This document shows positions 50,534 to 64,000 of a DNA stretch of 64,000 nt, one piece after another; the first letter of the stretch is position 1; the number at the start of each line of letters is the position of its first letter. The stretch comes from Antedon mediterranea (taxonomy: Eukaryota; Animalia; Echinodermata). Location of the stretch: positions 27,748,912-27,812,911 of the forward strand of contig NC_092675.1 of NCBI RefSeq assembly GCF_964355755.1, written 5' to 3'. Under the pieces are notes generated by a model, which worked only from the letters and a program-made list of their open reading frames with translations, made no database searches and was not told the origin of the DNA. The position numbers were made by a program, and so were the translations under genes.

Positions 50534-51842
50534 ACACTTTTATAACGCCGACCGTCACTTTAATACCATTTTCTTATGTTTTAATCATTTTTTAGTTTTA
50601 AATTTTAGTATTTTTTGGGGATTTTTGTTTAAAAGTATGAATATTTATTGTCAAACGAAAGTCAGATTTCAAGATGGACCACCAAAATATCACTTTATCG
50701 ACGGATGATTATTTGTGACACCTGTCTGATGACAGAATGTGTAGCTGTCTATTTTGTGGGCTTAGAATATTAATACTGTCAAGTTATGTTCTGTGTTAAT
50801 TTTAACGGGGTGTAATTACCACGATGTAACCTTAGTTTTTACTGATGTTTTAACGATATCTTAATATTATACCAATAATGGCCAAAAATACAAAGTCATT
50901 GGTTTTAAAAGGTCAATTGCTATATGAAAAATAAACTTACAAAAGTATATTCATGATAATCGAGTGTTATTAATGAGTCCTAATTCCAATCATCAGTAAT
51001 CACCGTTACCCATGGCAACACATAAGGCATGGTTTGAAAGTATAGTTAGATTATTGGAAGGATATTGGCATGTTAATTGCTTGGTTTCTGAAGTAACCAT
51101 GGTATTTTAAATGTATACTAAAAATTAAAATACGCATGTTTTATGGGCGTTTATTATTGTATGTAGCCTATCCTTTACAATGGCTGTACTTTTTAACTAT
51201 TATAATGGATAGAAATGTCTAACATAATAAAACAAACACAATATGTATGTAATAAATTAATGTATAGGCCTAAGCATGTAGGCCTATTATATGATAACAT
51301 AAGTAGATTGTTATTGTCAGTCACACTACAATTATTAGGCCTAAAACAGATGCTACGACACGTTCAAGGAGCGTTAACAATGTTACGGTCGTTTTTGTAC
51401 TGTACGGGCACGCGAACTTGATATTGTCACTGACGACGATATGCCTACCTATAAACATTATAGGCTAACTGTTAAAATTCCGGTTAATACTCACAAACAA
51501 TGTGCTATTCCTATCCACAACAATCTGTTGAAACCAAACGTCCATGTTAATTGTCAATAATAGCGCCAGTTGTGGTCTTCTGTTTAACAATCGTTTTAAC
51601 TAGTTTTAAATTACGTTACTTCAAACGTTATAAAATAGCGCCCTCTAACGGCAAATCTTATTGGCTATTTCCTGAAATTGGTTCCGCCTCTCAAGAAAAC
51701 TCAAAGAATTTTCTTTTTGCTTTCACAAGTTGGAAAGCTATGACAAACATTAAGTCTTGAATCATGTCACTAAACTGTTATCATCCAAGAGCCTTTTCTC
51801 TGCTGTGATTTGACATCTGTCTGTGCACATCTCCAAGCCTAA

Positions 51843-52056
51843 AGCTTGGTTCCCACTTGCGACGCAACGTAACGCAACCTACTTTACGCAACATCAGCAA
51901 ATGCCCTTCCAATAATTTTATTTTCCCCCGCCTGCGTGAAATCAAACCTGCGATTTTTGCAGCACTGTTGCGTCGTCGGTTCCCATTTGTGATTACGCAA
52001 TACAACACTTTGCGTCAATACGTCGCTGTGTTGCGTTCTAGAGTGGGAACAACGCT
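51843..52056. mobile_element. ~210-bp Harbinger-like MITE family A (TIR agc(t/g)tggttcccactag, TWA TSD); other copies 42853-43060, 46540-46720, 39816-39928, 34827-34930, 17229-17280, 8860-8921
   Basis: Near-identical internal sequence (cgcctgcgtgaaatcaaacctgcg...ggttcccacttgtgattacgcaa) in both orientations; TTA TSD visible at the 39816 copy. Confidence 0.88.
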
Positions 52057-55000
52057 TTAACAAGCCTACGTTCCACCTATGTTTCTTTCCAAATGTTTGT
52101 TTCGTTTCTTTTTCTGTAAAGATATTTTATGTATTTCACCTCCAAGATAACCTCAATCAGAGTCAATTAGACTAGCGTCTGTAAACCCCATACATTTCTA
52201 CGTCGATATCAATAATAATTTAGCCATTATGCATTCAAAGATGCTACTCACTACCGTACTGCACTCCACATACATTTATCGACCAAGATGTAATGATATT
52301 AGTCCCTATAGACTGAGTCCTGTTTTCTATCCTGCAACTGTTATCCTAAGTCCAAACATCTCATGGATGTGCTTATAATATTATACAATTAATACACTAC
52401 AAACATAGACTAATTGTAGCCCAAGAGGTTTTTTTATCGTTTCTGAGAGAGAGACCTTTCATGTTGTATTTTTTTTATGATAGCTCCATTATAAATCGGC
52501 AGATTTTATTACGCTTTTTATATTATACATCGCTGTAAACAATCGTTTGGGTAAGTTATAATACCAGATAAACAGACGCTGGCGATGTGTTAATTAAGCT
52601 GTTCTACTGTATAACTTATCCAATATAAATATGAAGGAAATTAAATTTACAGTCCGTGTGACAAAAACGTTGTATAACACTTACTGTGGATTAAACAACA
52701 TGCTATAAAGGTATGCAATGACGCAGAAATACACCTGTTTATAGAAACGTCTTGTTGAGTAATATTTTCTAACGATATCAGCAAAGTGGTTAAAATTATA
52801 CCTAATGAGTAATGTTTTAACGTCTATAATCATGTATCAAAATGTTTAATGCCATGCTTTCAATACAACATTAACATAGATCAATGCTCTCTACCTCAAA
52901 TGATCTGAGGCAAAAGAAAATTCAATAATAAAAGAATCTGAGTAAATGCAAAGAGTATAAAACTACAGTAGTTTGACAAAAAAAAGTATGATGTGCCTAA
53001 ATAATATGGTAGAGATATGCCTATAAATATGGCAGTGATATGACATCATCATGTCCATATATGGGCACATCACATTTTTGTCACATAAAGTTTGATAGTG
53101 TAGACAAAGCTTTATACTATAAAATAGTTATAAAGATACAAAAATATACTGAAAACAGGGATGTTTTTATATCTGTTTTATACAAACGGATAAATCATAT
53201 CACCAAACCCAAAGACCCTAAAGAGAAAAACAATGGAATGTTTCTAATCTTACTAATCTCCTACTGATACTGTAACAGTAAAATATCAGCCGATTCTCGG
53301 TACTGTACGGTATCTATTTCCAAAGTATCATAGTAATATTTGGTAATACAACATCACATGTGTTTCACATATATCTAGACCTTAACCTAACCTTACATGA
53401 TAAGGGCACCACATGTGATGCTGTATTACCAAATATTCCTATGATATTGCGGAAGATAGTTTGTGGAGATACAGCACTGAGAATTTATAAGTACGGTAAG
53501 TATTTTATTACATGTCTTGTTAAATTCCATTCTCGTTGATAGACAGAGAAATAAACATTTGATTACACTATCGAAAAAGTCTTCACGTAAACGATTAAAT
53601 GGGCTTTTAGGATGTAATAAAATAATATTGATAAGCATTGTGTGAATGTTTTATTGCACTTTCCTGGCCATTATGGTTTTAGTATGAGTATGATTGTATA
53701 CATTCTTTACGATATTTTGTCTTTGAAACTGAAGACGTCAAGAATATTAATCGAACTCTGCCATTTGAAACTAATTGAGCTAACTATGTTAATTGGGGTT
53801 AATGTTTAAGTTTATTTCATTGAAATTAAGTAAAGTGAATTGTATAAGTCTATTACATGGAATTAATTTAATTGAGATTAATTTTTGTAATCTGTCAATT
53901 CAAATTGAATCTGTGCCCATCAGAATGGAGTAATGTAGAATACAAATACTCTGCGTCTGCAGCTCTGTCTACGCTATCAAACTTTATGTGACAACAATTC
54001 ATGTGATGTGCCCATATTTTCAAGTTTAACTCTCCTCAAAGGGTGACTTTATTCTGTATATAGGCCAGTGGCCTTAAAAAATAAACATTTCTTAGTGTGT
54101 CAAATAAAATGTTTTCTTGACAGCACATATATACAATAACATTTGCTAATAACTTAATCGTATTTGGGTTTCTAGACTTAAATAATGAAACGAAGTAGAA
54201 CATAATGGAAATATAATTTGGAATGAGACGATTTCTTTTTTTGATTATATAATGGACAGTTAAAAATAAGATGAAAGACATCCTCTACTTCATATATATG
54301 GACATGATGATGTCATATCACTACTACTGGGTATATCACTACCCTATTTGGGTATTTGACTACCATACTTGGGCACATCACATGTTTTATCACATAAAGT
54401 TTTTACAATTGAGATTAATTTTGAAAATCTGTCAATTTAAATTGAATCTGTGTCCATCAGAAAAAAAAACTAGTTTTAAAGTGTAGACAGAGCTTTACAG
54501 CATAATTAGTGAGGAGTGCTTTGACCTAAAGAAAATCTGTAATAATATTAAAGCAGATGGAATTGTTGTATAAAACAGAAATACGATAACATTAAACACA
54601 CAATGGGATCCATCTATTTTTTCGATTTACAACAAGTGTCTTGCCTTTTACGACTAAAGACAAATATGCAATTAATTTTTTTTTCTGTTGCTGCACATTA
54701 ATAGTATAGGAACGTAAGACCAATTTACAAATGTTCTAATGCCAACGTGTTCGTAGGATAGAAAACAAAATAATTATTACTAAGCTAACTAAACCGATAT
54801 GCCCACTAGTAGAAAATAGGCGCCTTGGTAATCTAAAATTCATTATGAGAAAATGCCTGCAAAACATATGGTACTTATTCAAGCTTAGTGTGGATGTAAC
54901 GCCGAAATAAAGACAGTTTTTTAAAATACAATTAATTGTATGTTTTTTAACATGTAGGTGGTAACGTTACACTAGTGATTTTATAGAAATTATCAATTTG

Positions 55001-55366
55001 TTTCTTGCAGCCAATTTCTGGTTTCACGGAGTTCCATTGATTGCTTTTCGTAATTTTTGTGTGCGTACATTATTCTTAGATATCTCCTCCAGGTTAAATT
55101 AACCTCCATATGTCATCTTACATTTTGCTATTAGGCTATACGAACCTTTTATCAATTTGTGTAACTTGGTCAGTATTGCATGTGAACTTTAGAAGATACA
55201 ACCCATTAGCAAAAATAGGTAATTACCAAATGGGGTTTTGTGCCAGCAAAATAAGAATAATATCACTGGCAGTATTTTTATTATTATTTTTTGTAATGGG
55301 TTGTTAGCCCTGTTTTATGTTTACAGACACACAAGAGTACAGTGTACATAGAACTGAAGCTTCTAA

Positions 55367-55518
55367 AACTCTGCCTACACTATCAAACTAGTTTAAGTGT
55401 GATGTGCCCAAATATGGTAGGCCTATGGCTAAATATAGTAGTGATATGACATCATCATGTTCTTATATGGGCACATCACATTTTTTGTCACATAACGTTT
55501 GATAGTGTAGACAGAGCT
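55367..55518. mobile_element. Harbinger-like MITE family B (TIR agctctgtctacactatcaaac, TAA TSD); related copies ~19510-19610, ~52965-53112, and a split copy 53962-54494
   Basis: taa|aactctgcctacactatcaaac...gtttgatagtgtagacagagct|taa; shared core gtgcccatatatggacatgatgatgtcatatcactacc. Confidence 0.82.
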
Positions 55519-55999
55519 TAACGTTATACAAACACACGTTTAAACACAGACAGGAAACCCGATTGAATCAATGCTTAACTCCTATTGGAAAAAAATGAGT
55601 GTAAACATAGCTTTTATTAATTGTGGAAAACATGTTTTTTTTTTGTCAAAATCTTTTCATTATTACTAATGTTTTAATCTGAGCCCATCATCAAATGGCC
55701 GAATATTTCGAAGATTCAAAGAATTGTTAACCTTTTACCACGCATGACTTTATTCTTCTTCGAACGTAGGCCTAACTACATACTCGGTAGCCTAGCCTAC
55801 GTTTCAGCAACTAACTATATCTGACAATGTCCTTCTTCGTTATAACAATTTCTAGACTAGTGTAGATTGTAATATACTACCGATCAATAGAGCACTTCAA
55901 GTTTAATCTTTAATATCTTCTGTCACAATTTTACATACCAATCCATATTCCTTTGTGCTGTGATACAAGTGTTACAATGTGATTGGGAAAATAATGAAA

Positions 56000-56600
56000 T
56001 GCATAGTTAGTGCATGGAAATTAAAGGAATGAACAGAAATATAAACAAAAGAGTGTTGTACATGAAGCATAAAGGAGTACACAGTTTGTACATAAAACAT
56101 AAAGAAAATGCGCAGTATGTACATGAAACATAATGGAGTGCGCAGTGTGTACCTGCAACTTAATGGAGTGCGCAGTGTGTACCTGCAACTTATTTGAGTG
56201 CAGAGTGTGTACATGAAGCATAAATGAGTGCACAGTCCATACATGAAACATTACAGACAGTGCGCAGTCTATACATGAAATATAAAGGAGTGCGCAGTGT
56301 GTAACTGCAACTTAATGGAGTGTTCACTGTGTACATGAAACATAAAGGAGTGCGCAGTGTGTAACTGAAATTTAATTGAGTGCGTAGTGTGTACATGAAA
56401 CATAAAGAAGTGCACAGATGAAACATTACAGGCAGTGCGCAGTGTATACATGGAAGATAAAGGAGTGCGCAGTGTGTACATAAAACATAAAGAAGTACGC
56501 AGTGTTTACATGAAACATACAGAAGTGCCTATTAATTAAAATATTGAGAAGTAAGAAAAATAAAAGAACGCGCAGTGAGTACATGAAAGATAAAGACATG
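56000..56600. repeat. ~30-bp minisatellite (catgaaacataaaggagtgcgcagtgtgta)
   Basis: More than 15 diverged tandem units. Confidence 0.9.
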
Positions 56601-59600
56601 CTCAATGAGTACACTAACAGTAAAAGCAAGTTGATGAGATAGCTTTATGCAAGTTTTATCTAAAAAGAAAATCTAGTGACAAATTTGATTCGCATTTAGC
56701 TACTGAAAAAGCCGCCACAGCATATTCCTACTCGTTACGCAACACTAACTACGCACTAAAGTTGATAGCACAGTATAAAATTACTATTACATACTACATT
56801 TGACACTATATATTCCTATTGGTATCTTTTTCGACACTTAAACTATTTGGTACTACCTAAATAGTATACGTAATTAACACGGTACACCAATCAATGTCTG
56901 AAATTCTTTTGAAAAATAGGCATGCTTATTGTATATTGTTATCCTGTTTTAGAATGTATTGAAAAGAAAATTAACTTATCAATACATATTTAATCTCACT
57001 AAAGAAACTTTTGTGCTGCTAAATACGAAAATCATAATAACAAATAAAACTAACTATATAAAAGGTTGTTTGAGTATAGGAACAGTATATACAATACATA
57101 CATATATACCATGGTTAGCTTACCTTTGAAATCTGTAATTTAGAACTTCCTGACAGAATACAAGTCATTACATAACAAAGGAAGTGAGATGTAAATTCAT
57201 GTTTCCAACTTTACTGATGATTGTTATACAGAATTTCTGTATAACAATCAAACTAAACTTGCTCCGTAGTCCAATTATTTTCGTTAAATCACGAACAATG
57301 TATTTGGAGTGATAACATTTAAATTGAAGTCACATAGAGAACTTTCGCTGTTTTTATGATCGTACCGCCATGATCTGAACAAAATTCAATAAGCATACGT
57401 TGTTTATAAAACAGTAGTAAAGTGCTGTTACTTTTCGAGGTGTTACCAGAGACAAACGATAGAATAACAGTTATCTGATTGGTCGTCATAAAGCACCTAA
57501 TCAAAGTGGACGAATCTAGATACGGGTATTTCAAAGTAAAAATCACTGTTTGTGGATTAATTAATTTAATGTAATAAGAGTGCGTAAAGCCATTGCATTG
57601 AGAGCAATCTCCGCTACTTGAGAGAGACACAGCAGCCAGGAATTATGTCATTGTAGTGTTCAGATAAAAAGTAATCTATGATAACATCATTATATTTTGC
57701 AGATGCTGAATTCAATAGTTTTCTATTTAAACGTTTATATTTAACATTTTAAAAATAGTTGGGCTTAATTGAAAATCATTCACAAACATTTTTGCATATG
57801 AGAAAATAACTTAATAAAAACCACAATTTTACAACATTATGGGATAAACTCAATATGAATATAATGAATATAAGAGAATTTTAATTCAATTATGAAATAG
57901 GAAACTTCGATCGATATGATATTCTATGGAATGTTTCAAACATGGATAGTAAAATCTCAGAGTTCAACACTAATCGTATGATTATAAACGCATAATTTAA
58001 TAAATGTTATTGATCTTGAATATTTTCTTGAACTTAAAATTAGATATAATCTGAAACCTTAAATGTAATTTTCTAAAAAAATGTTAGACCTATACTCTTC
58101 CTCCTTCGGCATGTTTCAGTCATACGTTTGTTTGAACGTGTACGATAAGTATCGAGTAAAATTTCAGTGAAAAGTCAATTGATTAAATAATTATTAATTA
58201 GCTAAAAATTACCAGCTGATATAATTGCTATACATGTACCACAGAACAGAATAACACACCTGAGTCTTTCTCATCCGCTTATCTAAGACAACATCCACGC
58301 TAAGCCCTTTCGTACTTACTTTTTTGAATGATTACAGAAACTGCGCGTATAATCCTCGACAACACTCATTAACCGACTAATTTCAAAATTCTGTCTCTTG
58401 GCAACATGTAATTAGAATGATTTAAATGGCGCGATGAGTGCGAAACATGTACTTGAAAACATCCGGGGATCTCGGAAAGTCACAGCTCAATCTGTGAATT
58501 ACTTGGATAACAATCGAAAAAAGAGTTATTAAGATAAACCTATGACAGCGTGGAACGTGATGGAGGGCGCGAATATATGCAGACGATGTATCTGAATAGC
58601 ATAAAGCACTCGGCACATGCATTTGATATACATCAATAAATAGCATCCAACAGTATACCGTATAATAGTATATCAAAATGAATCACTTTTTCTCATCATT
58701 CCTTGTAATAAAATTCTCCAAAAGTACATAATGTATGTGAGCGGCTCACATTATTTTTTATCTTCTTTTTCTACCTTAACCTCATAGAGAAAAATATAAT
58801 TCAAGCGGCTTGGTGTCATAATCGTTCGTGCTGATAATAGTCACAATTTCAATTCAAAGAAACAATATCTTAGTGGATAAAAATCAGATCCAATGAGCAA
58901 TTGAAATAACAGACGTTATATTTCCCAAAAAAATATATCGGCTCTAAAATGGTAATTTAAAGAGAAAACGAAATTAACTTCGGTTTATAGTAGCTCTTCT
59001 ATATCTAATATAACCTAGCGACTGTGATTGATAGATCTTCAGTAACCGCGTGGATCATTCAGTGAAATAAATGAAGAACCTGTATTATCTTTAGTGATAA
59101 TGTGACCCATATTCCATCGAACAAACACAGCATTATATTGATGAGTAATGGAATTGCTTTTTGTGCTAACCGAAAGTAGGCTTCTTTTTTTGTTTGGTTG
59201 ATGAGCAGTTTGCTTTATAAAGTACTTTTATGTATATACTTGTTCATAAATTTCTCTGAAGATCCAGTTTCTGACATTGCAAACAGCAAAAATGTGTGAA
59301 AAGTCAAATTTCTAGCAGTTGAAATATATTGATTGAAGCATTTACTCTACAACCTTGTTTTATCCACATTTAATCAACGACGGGCCTATAAATATACGGA
59401 AATTATTACTTTTTGTAAGGGGAAAAAACTGAAACTCTTCTAGCAGAAAGAATGTTGTGAATGCACAGCCGCAAAAAAGACTACTAACAAACTTTCAAAT
59501 TTGGTATCTGTAGGCCTATGTGTCTGCTATGTAATTATGGTTCTTCGACAGGCTTGACTTTAAACAAAGCAACTGATGAGGAAGTGTTCTTGCATTCCCC

Positions 59601-62600
59601 AGTCAAAAAAAGAGAATGAAAATACAATCCTGATGCCTAGCTCATATTATTTCCCCCGAGTCTCTGTTACTTCATTTCTTGTTTGCAAAGTTAATTGAAT
59701 ACATTTGCAATGTCACATTCGTTGCTGAAACAATCGGAAGAGCACGATCGTAAACGGGGGCCATACAGAGGATGTGGGGTTGGGGGAAGAGTGCAGATGT
59801 TGAATGTACAATATATCTTCCTTAGTACTTGGAAAGCAGAAGAGTATTTGTGCCATTTGTTATAGGAACAATTGTGGCAAGAAAGATAAAAGTGGGGAAA
59901 AGAAAAAAAAGGCATGTGTCCATATACAATGGAAAATCTTTGCTAGATAAGATTTTTCACGAGTTCCATCACTTTTTCTCTTGGTTATTGAACATTTATA
60001 TTTTCAAGTGAATTGCATTTATACTTGAAGTATCCAATCAAAGCCATTAATGAGTGACGCGTCAATAGTGCGCTTCATCTCTTTGCTGTACTTCTTATTA
60101 ACCCTTGATATAAAATACAATTTCCACTCATAATCTTCTGACTAAAGTCATTGCATTTTCACACCTACTTTCATCGGTAAAGATCGTATGATGAATTGAC
60201 TATATGACAGATATGTAGTCAAATCAGAAAAAAGTGAACATTGAATTTATTTCCAATCTGTGTTGTATCTGCAATACAATATGTCTGTCCTTTCTTCTCT
60301 CGCTTCTATAGACATGTGGCCAGAATTGACATATTGTAAGATCAATCATTTTTAAACAATAGCCCTAGTACGGTAAATTAAATGTTGTTTTCTTTGATTG
60401 TTTTGATTCTTTTTCCCTATGATATTGATAGCCTATACGTTGTGTATATCTCATAAATAAATGGATAAAATGGAAAATACAATTGAACTGATCATTAAGT
60501 CATTTAAAATGGATAAAATTAAATGAACGTTGGCTGAACAAGTTTTGTTATAATGCTGAGATCATTAACAGTTATTTTGTACGTATTAAAACACACTACT
60601 GGGAATAGTATTCACGATTCAGCTGATTTCGTTGTTTCTCAAAAAATATTTTAACACATTCAACTAATAAGTTGAACTTCATTACTACAGAAAATAGAAA
60701 AAAAAAAGATATTGCATTTCATTTTGAATTTAAATTCATATTTATACTTAGTACATATACTATGTTCAACGATGATTTGATATAAGAATGTTCAAAATAT
60801 ATCATATTATGATAGAAATGTATACAATAAAATAATATTTAGAACGCGACACGCGACTACACAACCGTCAGGTCGCACAGAAAAAAAAAACATTCGCAAA
60901 ATGGCAGTTAGTGTTTATTAAAGTACGAACATAGATAGCACTGTGTACTTTGCTTTTTATGCGTAGGAAGCTACAGACAATTACAATTAATAGTTAATAA
61001 ATCTATTGTCTGTGACGAGGGGTGAATTTACTTTTATAACTGTCATTGAATATTGTTTGTATTCCAGACACATCTGAAAATAAGTTGTCTGTGTCGTAGA
61101 GGGGGTGCTTTAACCAGCTAGTTTATATTGCTCAATATTTAATATAAATTATTCGACAGTGTAAAATATAATATTATATACAAAATTATACTCGGATCAT
61201 ATTTTCGTCAGAAAGATGTTATATCAGGGCATTTTTTAATTTTTAAATAAATTGTACACTTTGATAACTCAATTTCACTTTCCCTGATATTAAATAATAA
61301 ATACATATTGGCAATGTAAATAATTTGCAACATGTATTCTATGAAATACAAACAAATAATGTACATACCTAAGCACCTCCAATTCACTGAAATTTTACGC
61401 AATTGGGTAGAATGAGACACGGCCAGATACTTTGAGCATTTGCGCATTTATACGGCTTTTAGAATGGTTGTATGTAAAAAGGAATGTGTGTTTACAAACC
61501 GCTTCAAACTATGCCAAGAACATGTTTCCAACGGTCATTGCCCAAAAACAACCGATCAATTGCAGATCAATACGTGTTCACAGGCGACGTAAGGAACAGA
61601 TGTATCGAAAAGGCCTATCCTCTGGCTAGGTTTCTAAAGATCGTCTGATATTTCCCGCCGACATTAAAAACGTACATAGTGCGAATAATAAGCGCGCTGT
61701 GAACTGCTTATAATTGCATAACACAAAATGTCAATCTCCCAGAATGCCTGTGGCTCATCAGAAGCATTGAGATGGATTTTACTCTTATTTGTGGCGTGTG
61801 TAAGATATTGCATGTTACGGTATTAGGCAATGGCATCGGTTCTATGAATCATGAACAATCATAATTTGACAAGATACATTAGTTCTATTTTTAGTTATAC
61901 TAGGATTTCACTTGACATTCACACTAAGTAACGTATACTTCGAAATCTATATAGAATTTAAACATTTGGAATCAAGATGTTATTTTTCCAAATTATGAGT
62001 GGGCCTATTATAGTAGAACATCAGTCAGTCCTCCGTGTATAGACTGACTGTTCTTTTTACCAATTATCGACATGGAAATGTTATGTCATCTTATGAGTGG
62101 GAGCTAAACTTCTTAAATTGACTGAAGCCCATGGCATTAATAATGTATTACTCGTTTTGAATATTAGATATTTGAACTTGAAAAGCCATAAATTGTTATT
62201 GTATGCTACCAGGTAGGTAGGCCTATATTGAGGATAGCCAATTTGACGTTTAATCAGGCATTGTTAATGAACACTATCCATGGGCAGAATTGGTTTTCGT
62301 TACACCTATTCCACGGTTTTAGTTGATAATAAGGTTATTCCCAAGACCTCCACCCCGCCCACCCACTCCCTAAAATATCCATTAAACTTGAAGGCGTCCT
62401 CAGTGCGTCTCCTCCACACGTGTGCACAGCCGGAATACACGTTTCTCTCAACAACAAAATATTGTCAAGTTTGTATGATATACTAATGCATATTCGTTAC
62501 ATCCCAGTATCTATATACCGTACATTTAAATTTATTAGGGTAATCCTGGGTTTCTATCAAAAGGATTTAACGGTATTTTTATATGTTTTATGTTAGAATA

Positions 62601-64000
62601 ATTACATGAAATTGAATAATCAATTACTGAGCTGAATGGAAGATACCAAAGTTATTTATATTTCTAATATAGACTGACAGTATTATTAATGGTATGAGAC
62701 AATCTGTTTTGTACTGTATCGCATCTATACCTATATAAATACAAGGTAATTGCAAAATCAATAACTATAGTGATCTTAAGTCTATTAGTTATTATGATAA
62801 CAACATAACATTTACGTTAAACATTTTCAATAGTAATTTATCTTTTTGATTACTTTCTTCATCACATCATTATCATCACAATGGCCGAATGGCTTCAAAG
62901 GTTGTTCAGGTAGCACTATGTATGGTCCAGTCACCAACCTATATCTCTAAACTTTATCTCCACGTATGGCGTTCTAATAAGTCCATTATCATAGCCGAAT
63001 TGCAGGCGTCAGATGTGACACACATGCGATCCTGTATCACAGAATTATCCTATGATACACTGGACATAATTGCTCTATTGTTCAGCCATTCAAATTTCTC
63101 ACGCGGATATTAAGCAGAAGCATTGGTTTAAACCCATGAACGTTTTCGCTGATTCACCGTATAGTTGATGCACACATATAATTCAATCGATATTATGAAT
63201 TAATTTAATGAATATTGATGTAATATAATTTACGGACGCTCTATTCTGAAAATTGATTCGTGATTGTGTTTGACTCAATGAACTCATAATGGAGGCACGA
63301 TTAAGAAAATATAATAGTTCAGTTTTAAAAATAGATTTTATTTTGTTAAGAATATACCTGGCGTTATTTGGTTATATAATATTAATTCATTGCTCTTGTA
63401 TACAGATGTAGAAAACAGGAATTAAAATAGACACGCTGTATGTAAACAGTTAATATGCAGTGACAGTTATAATGATTTTCTTTACTGAAAAAAAATATAC
63501 ATACATATCAAGAACTGTCCATGCGCTTGAACAGATTTTGCTAGAATATGCCTATTTCTATAATTATTTAGAAATGTGCAGAGTATTATCCCAGATAATA
63601 TTATGCAATCGTATATTTGAAATAATGACTTCAGTGAATTCTTTGTCTCTCTACGTTATTTCCTTCAGGAATTATCATTCATTTTGATTGTGAGTATTCT
63701 GAAGCAATAAGTACCTCGAGACTGAGTATAATAATTCATCTCGGTATTCAGTCATGAAGCAATCGACAACGGAATACAATGAAATATGGACCACATACTG
63801 GATCTAATCAGCAAGATGTAGTTAATTGAACTTCATAACCACAGGCTAACTAATATTTACTGTACCTCAAGCAAAGTGTTTAATTTCTTAATAACTAATA
63901 TTGGTACTTGGCTGACGAAATAGATTTTTAACCTACTTTTAGTAAACAACCCTGTAATAGGTATTAACTTTGAATGAAATGTTACAAAATGGAAAATGTT

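Noticed and set aside
55972-56629. His/Cys-rich repetitive ORFs
   Set aside because: Frames of a 30-bp minisatellite; they shift between frames and have no splice support.
57215-57255. CTGATGA + perfect 33-bp palindrome + CAAAC resembling a hammerhead
   Set aside because: The GAAA core is broken and stems I/III cannot be paired; no TSD either.
34000-64000. Numerous 60-125 aa ORFs
   Set aside because: No recognisable domains, AT-biased composition and no coherent exon chain; small exons could still have been missed.

Overview
AT-rich eukaryotic (invertebrate metazoan; echinoderm-like is only an inference) genomic DNA with spliceosomal introns. Two convergent G-protein-coupled receptor genes were reconstructed by hand with phase-consistent GT-AG junctions. 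(1) A 3-exon rhodopsin-class GPCR on the + strand (5982-11352, ~316 aa) with DRH, NFxxY, a very short ECL2 and no TM3/ECL2 disulfide. (2) A 23-coding-exon adhesion GPCR on the - strand (33215-14594, ~1104 aa; signal peptide-EGF-like-pentraxin-HormR-GAIN-7TM-PDZ ligand) whose GPS autoproteolysis triad H-L|T is replaced by K-P-G. The rest is intronic/intergenic and rich in repeats. A (TA)n-anchored nest at 1.4-3.7 kb holds a Penelope-like GIY-YIG remnant, three minimal hammerhead-ribozyme motifs, a tRNA-like (anticodon ATC) repeat and a palindrome around (TA)n. There are also Harbinger-like MITE families, Helentron-type elements, a CR1/L2-clade LINE tail, fold-back elements, minisatellites and several 26-43 bp CA...TG insertions, most of them palindromic, with 7-bp target-site duplications. 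No protein-coding gene could be supported in 34-64 kb. All calls come from reading the sequence; no database searches were run.
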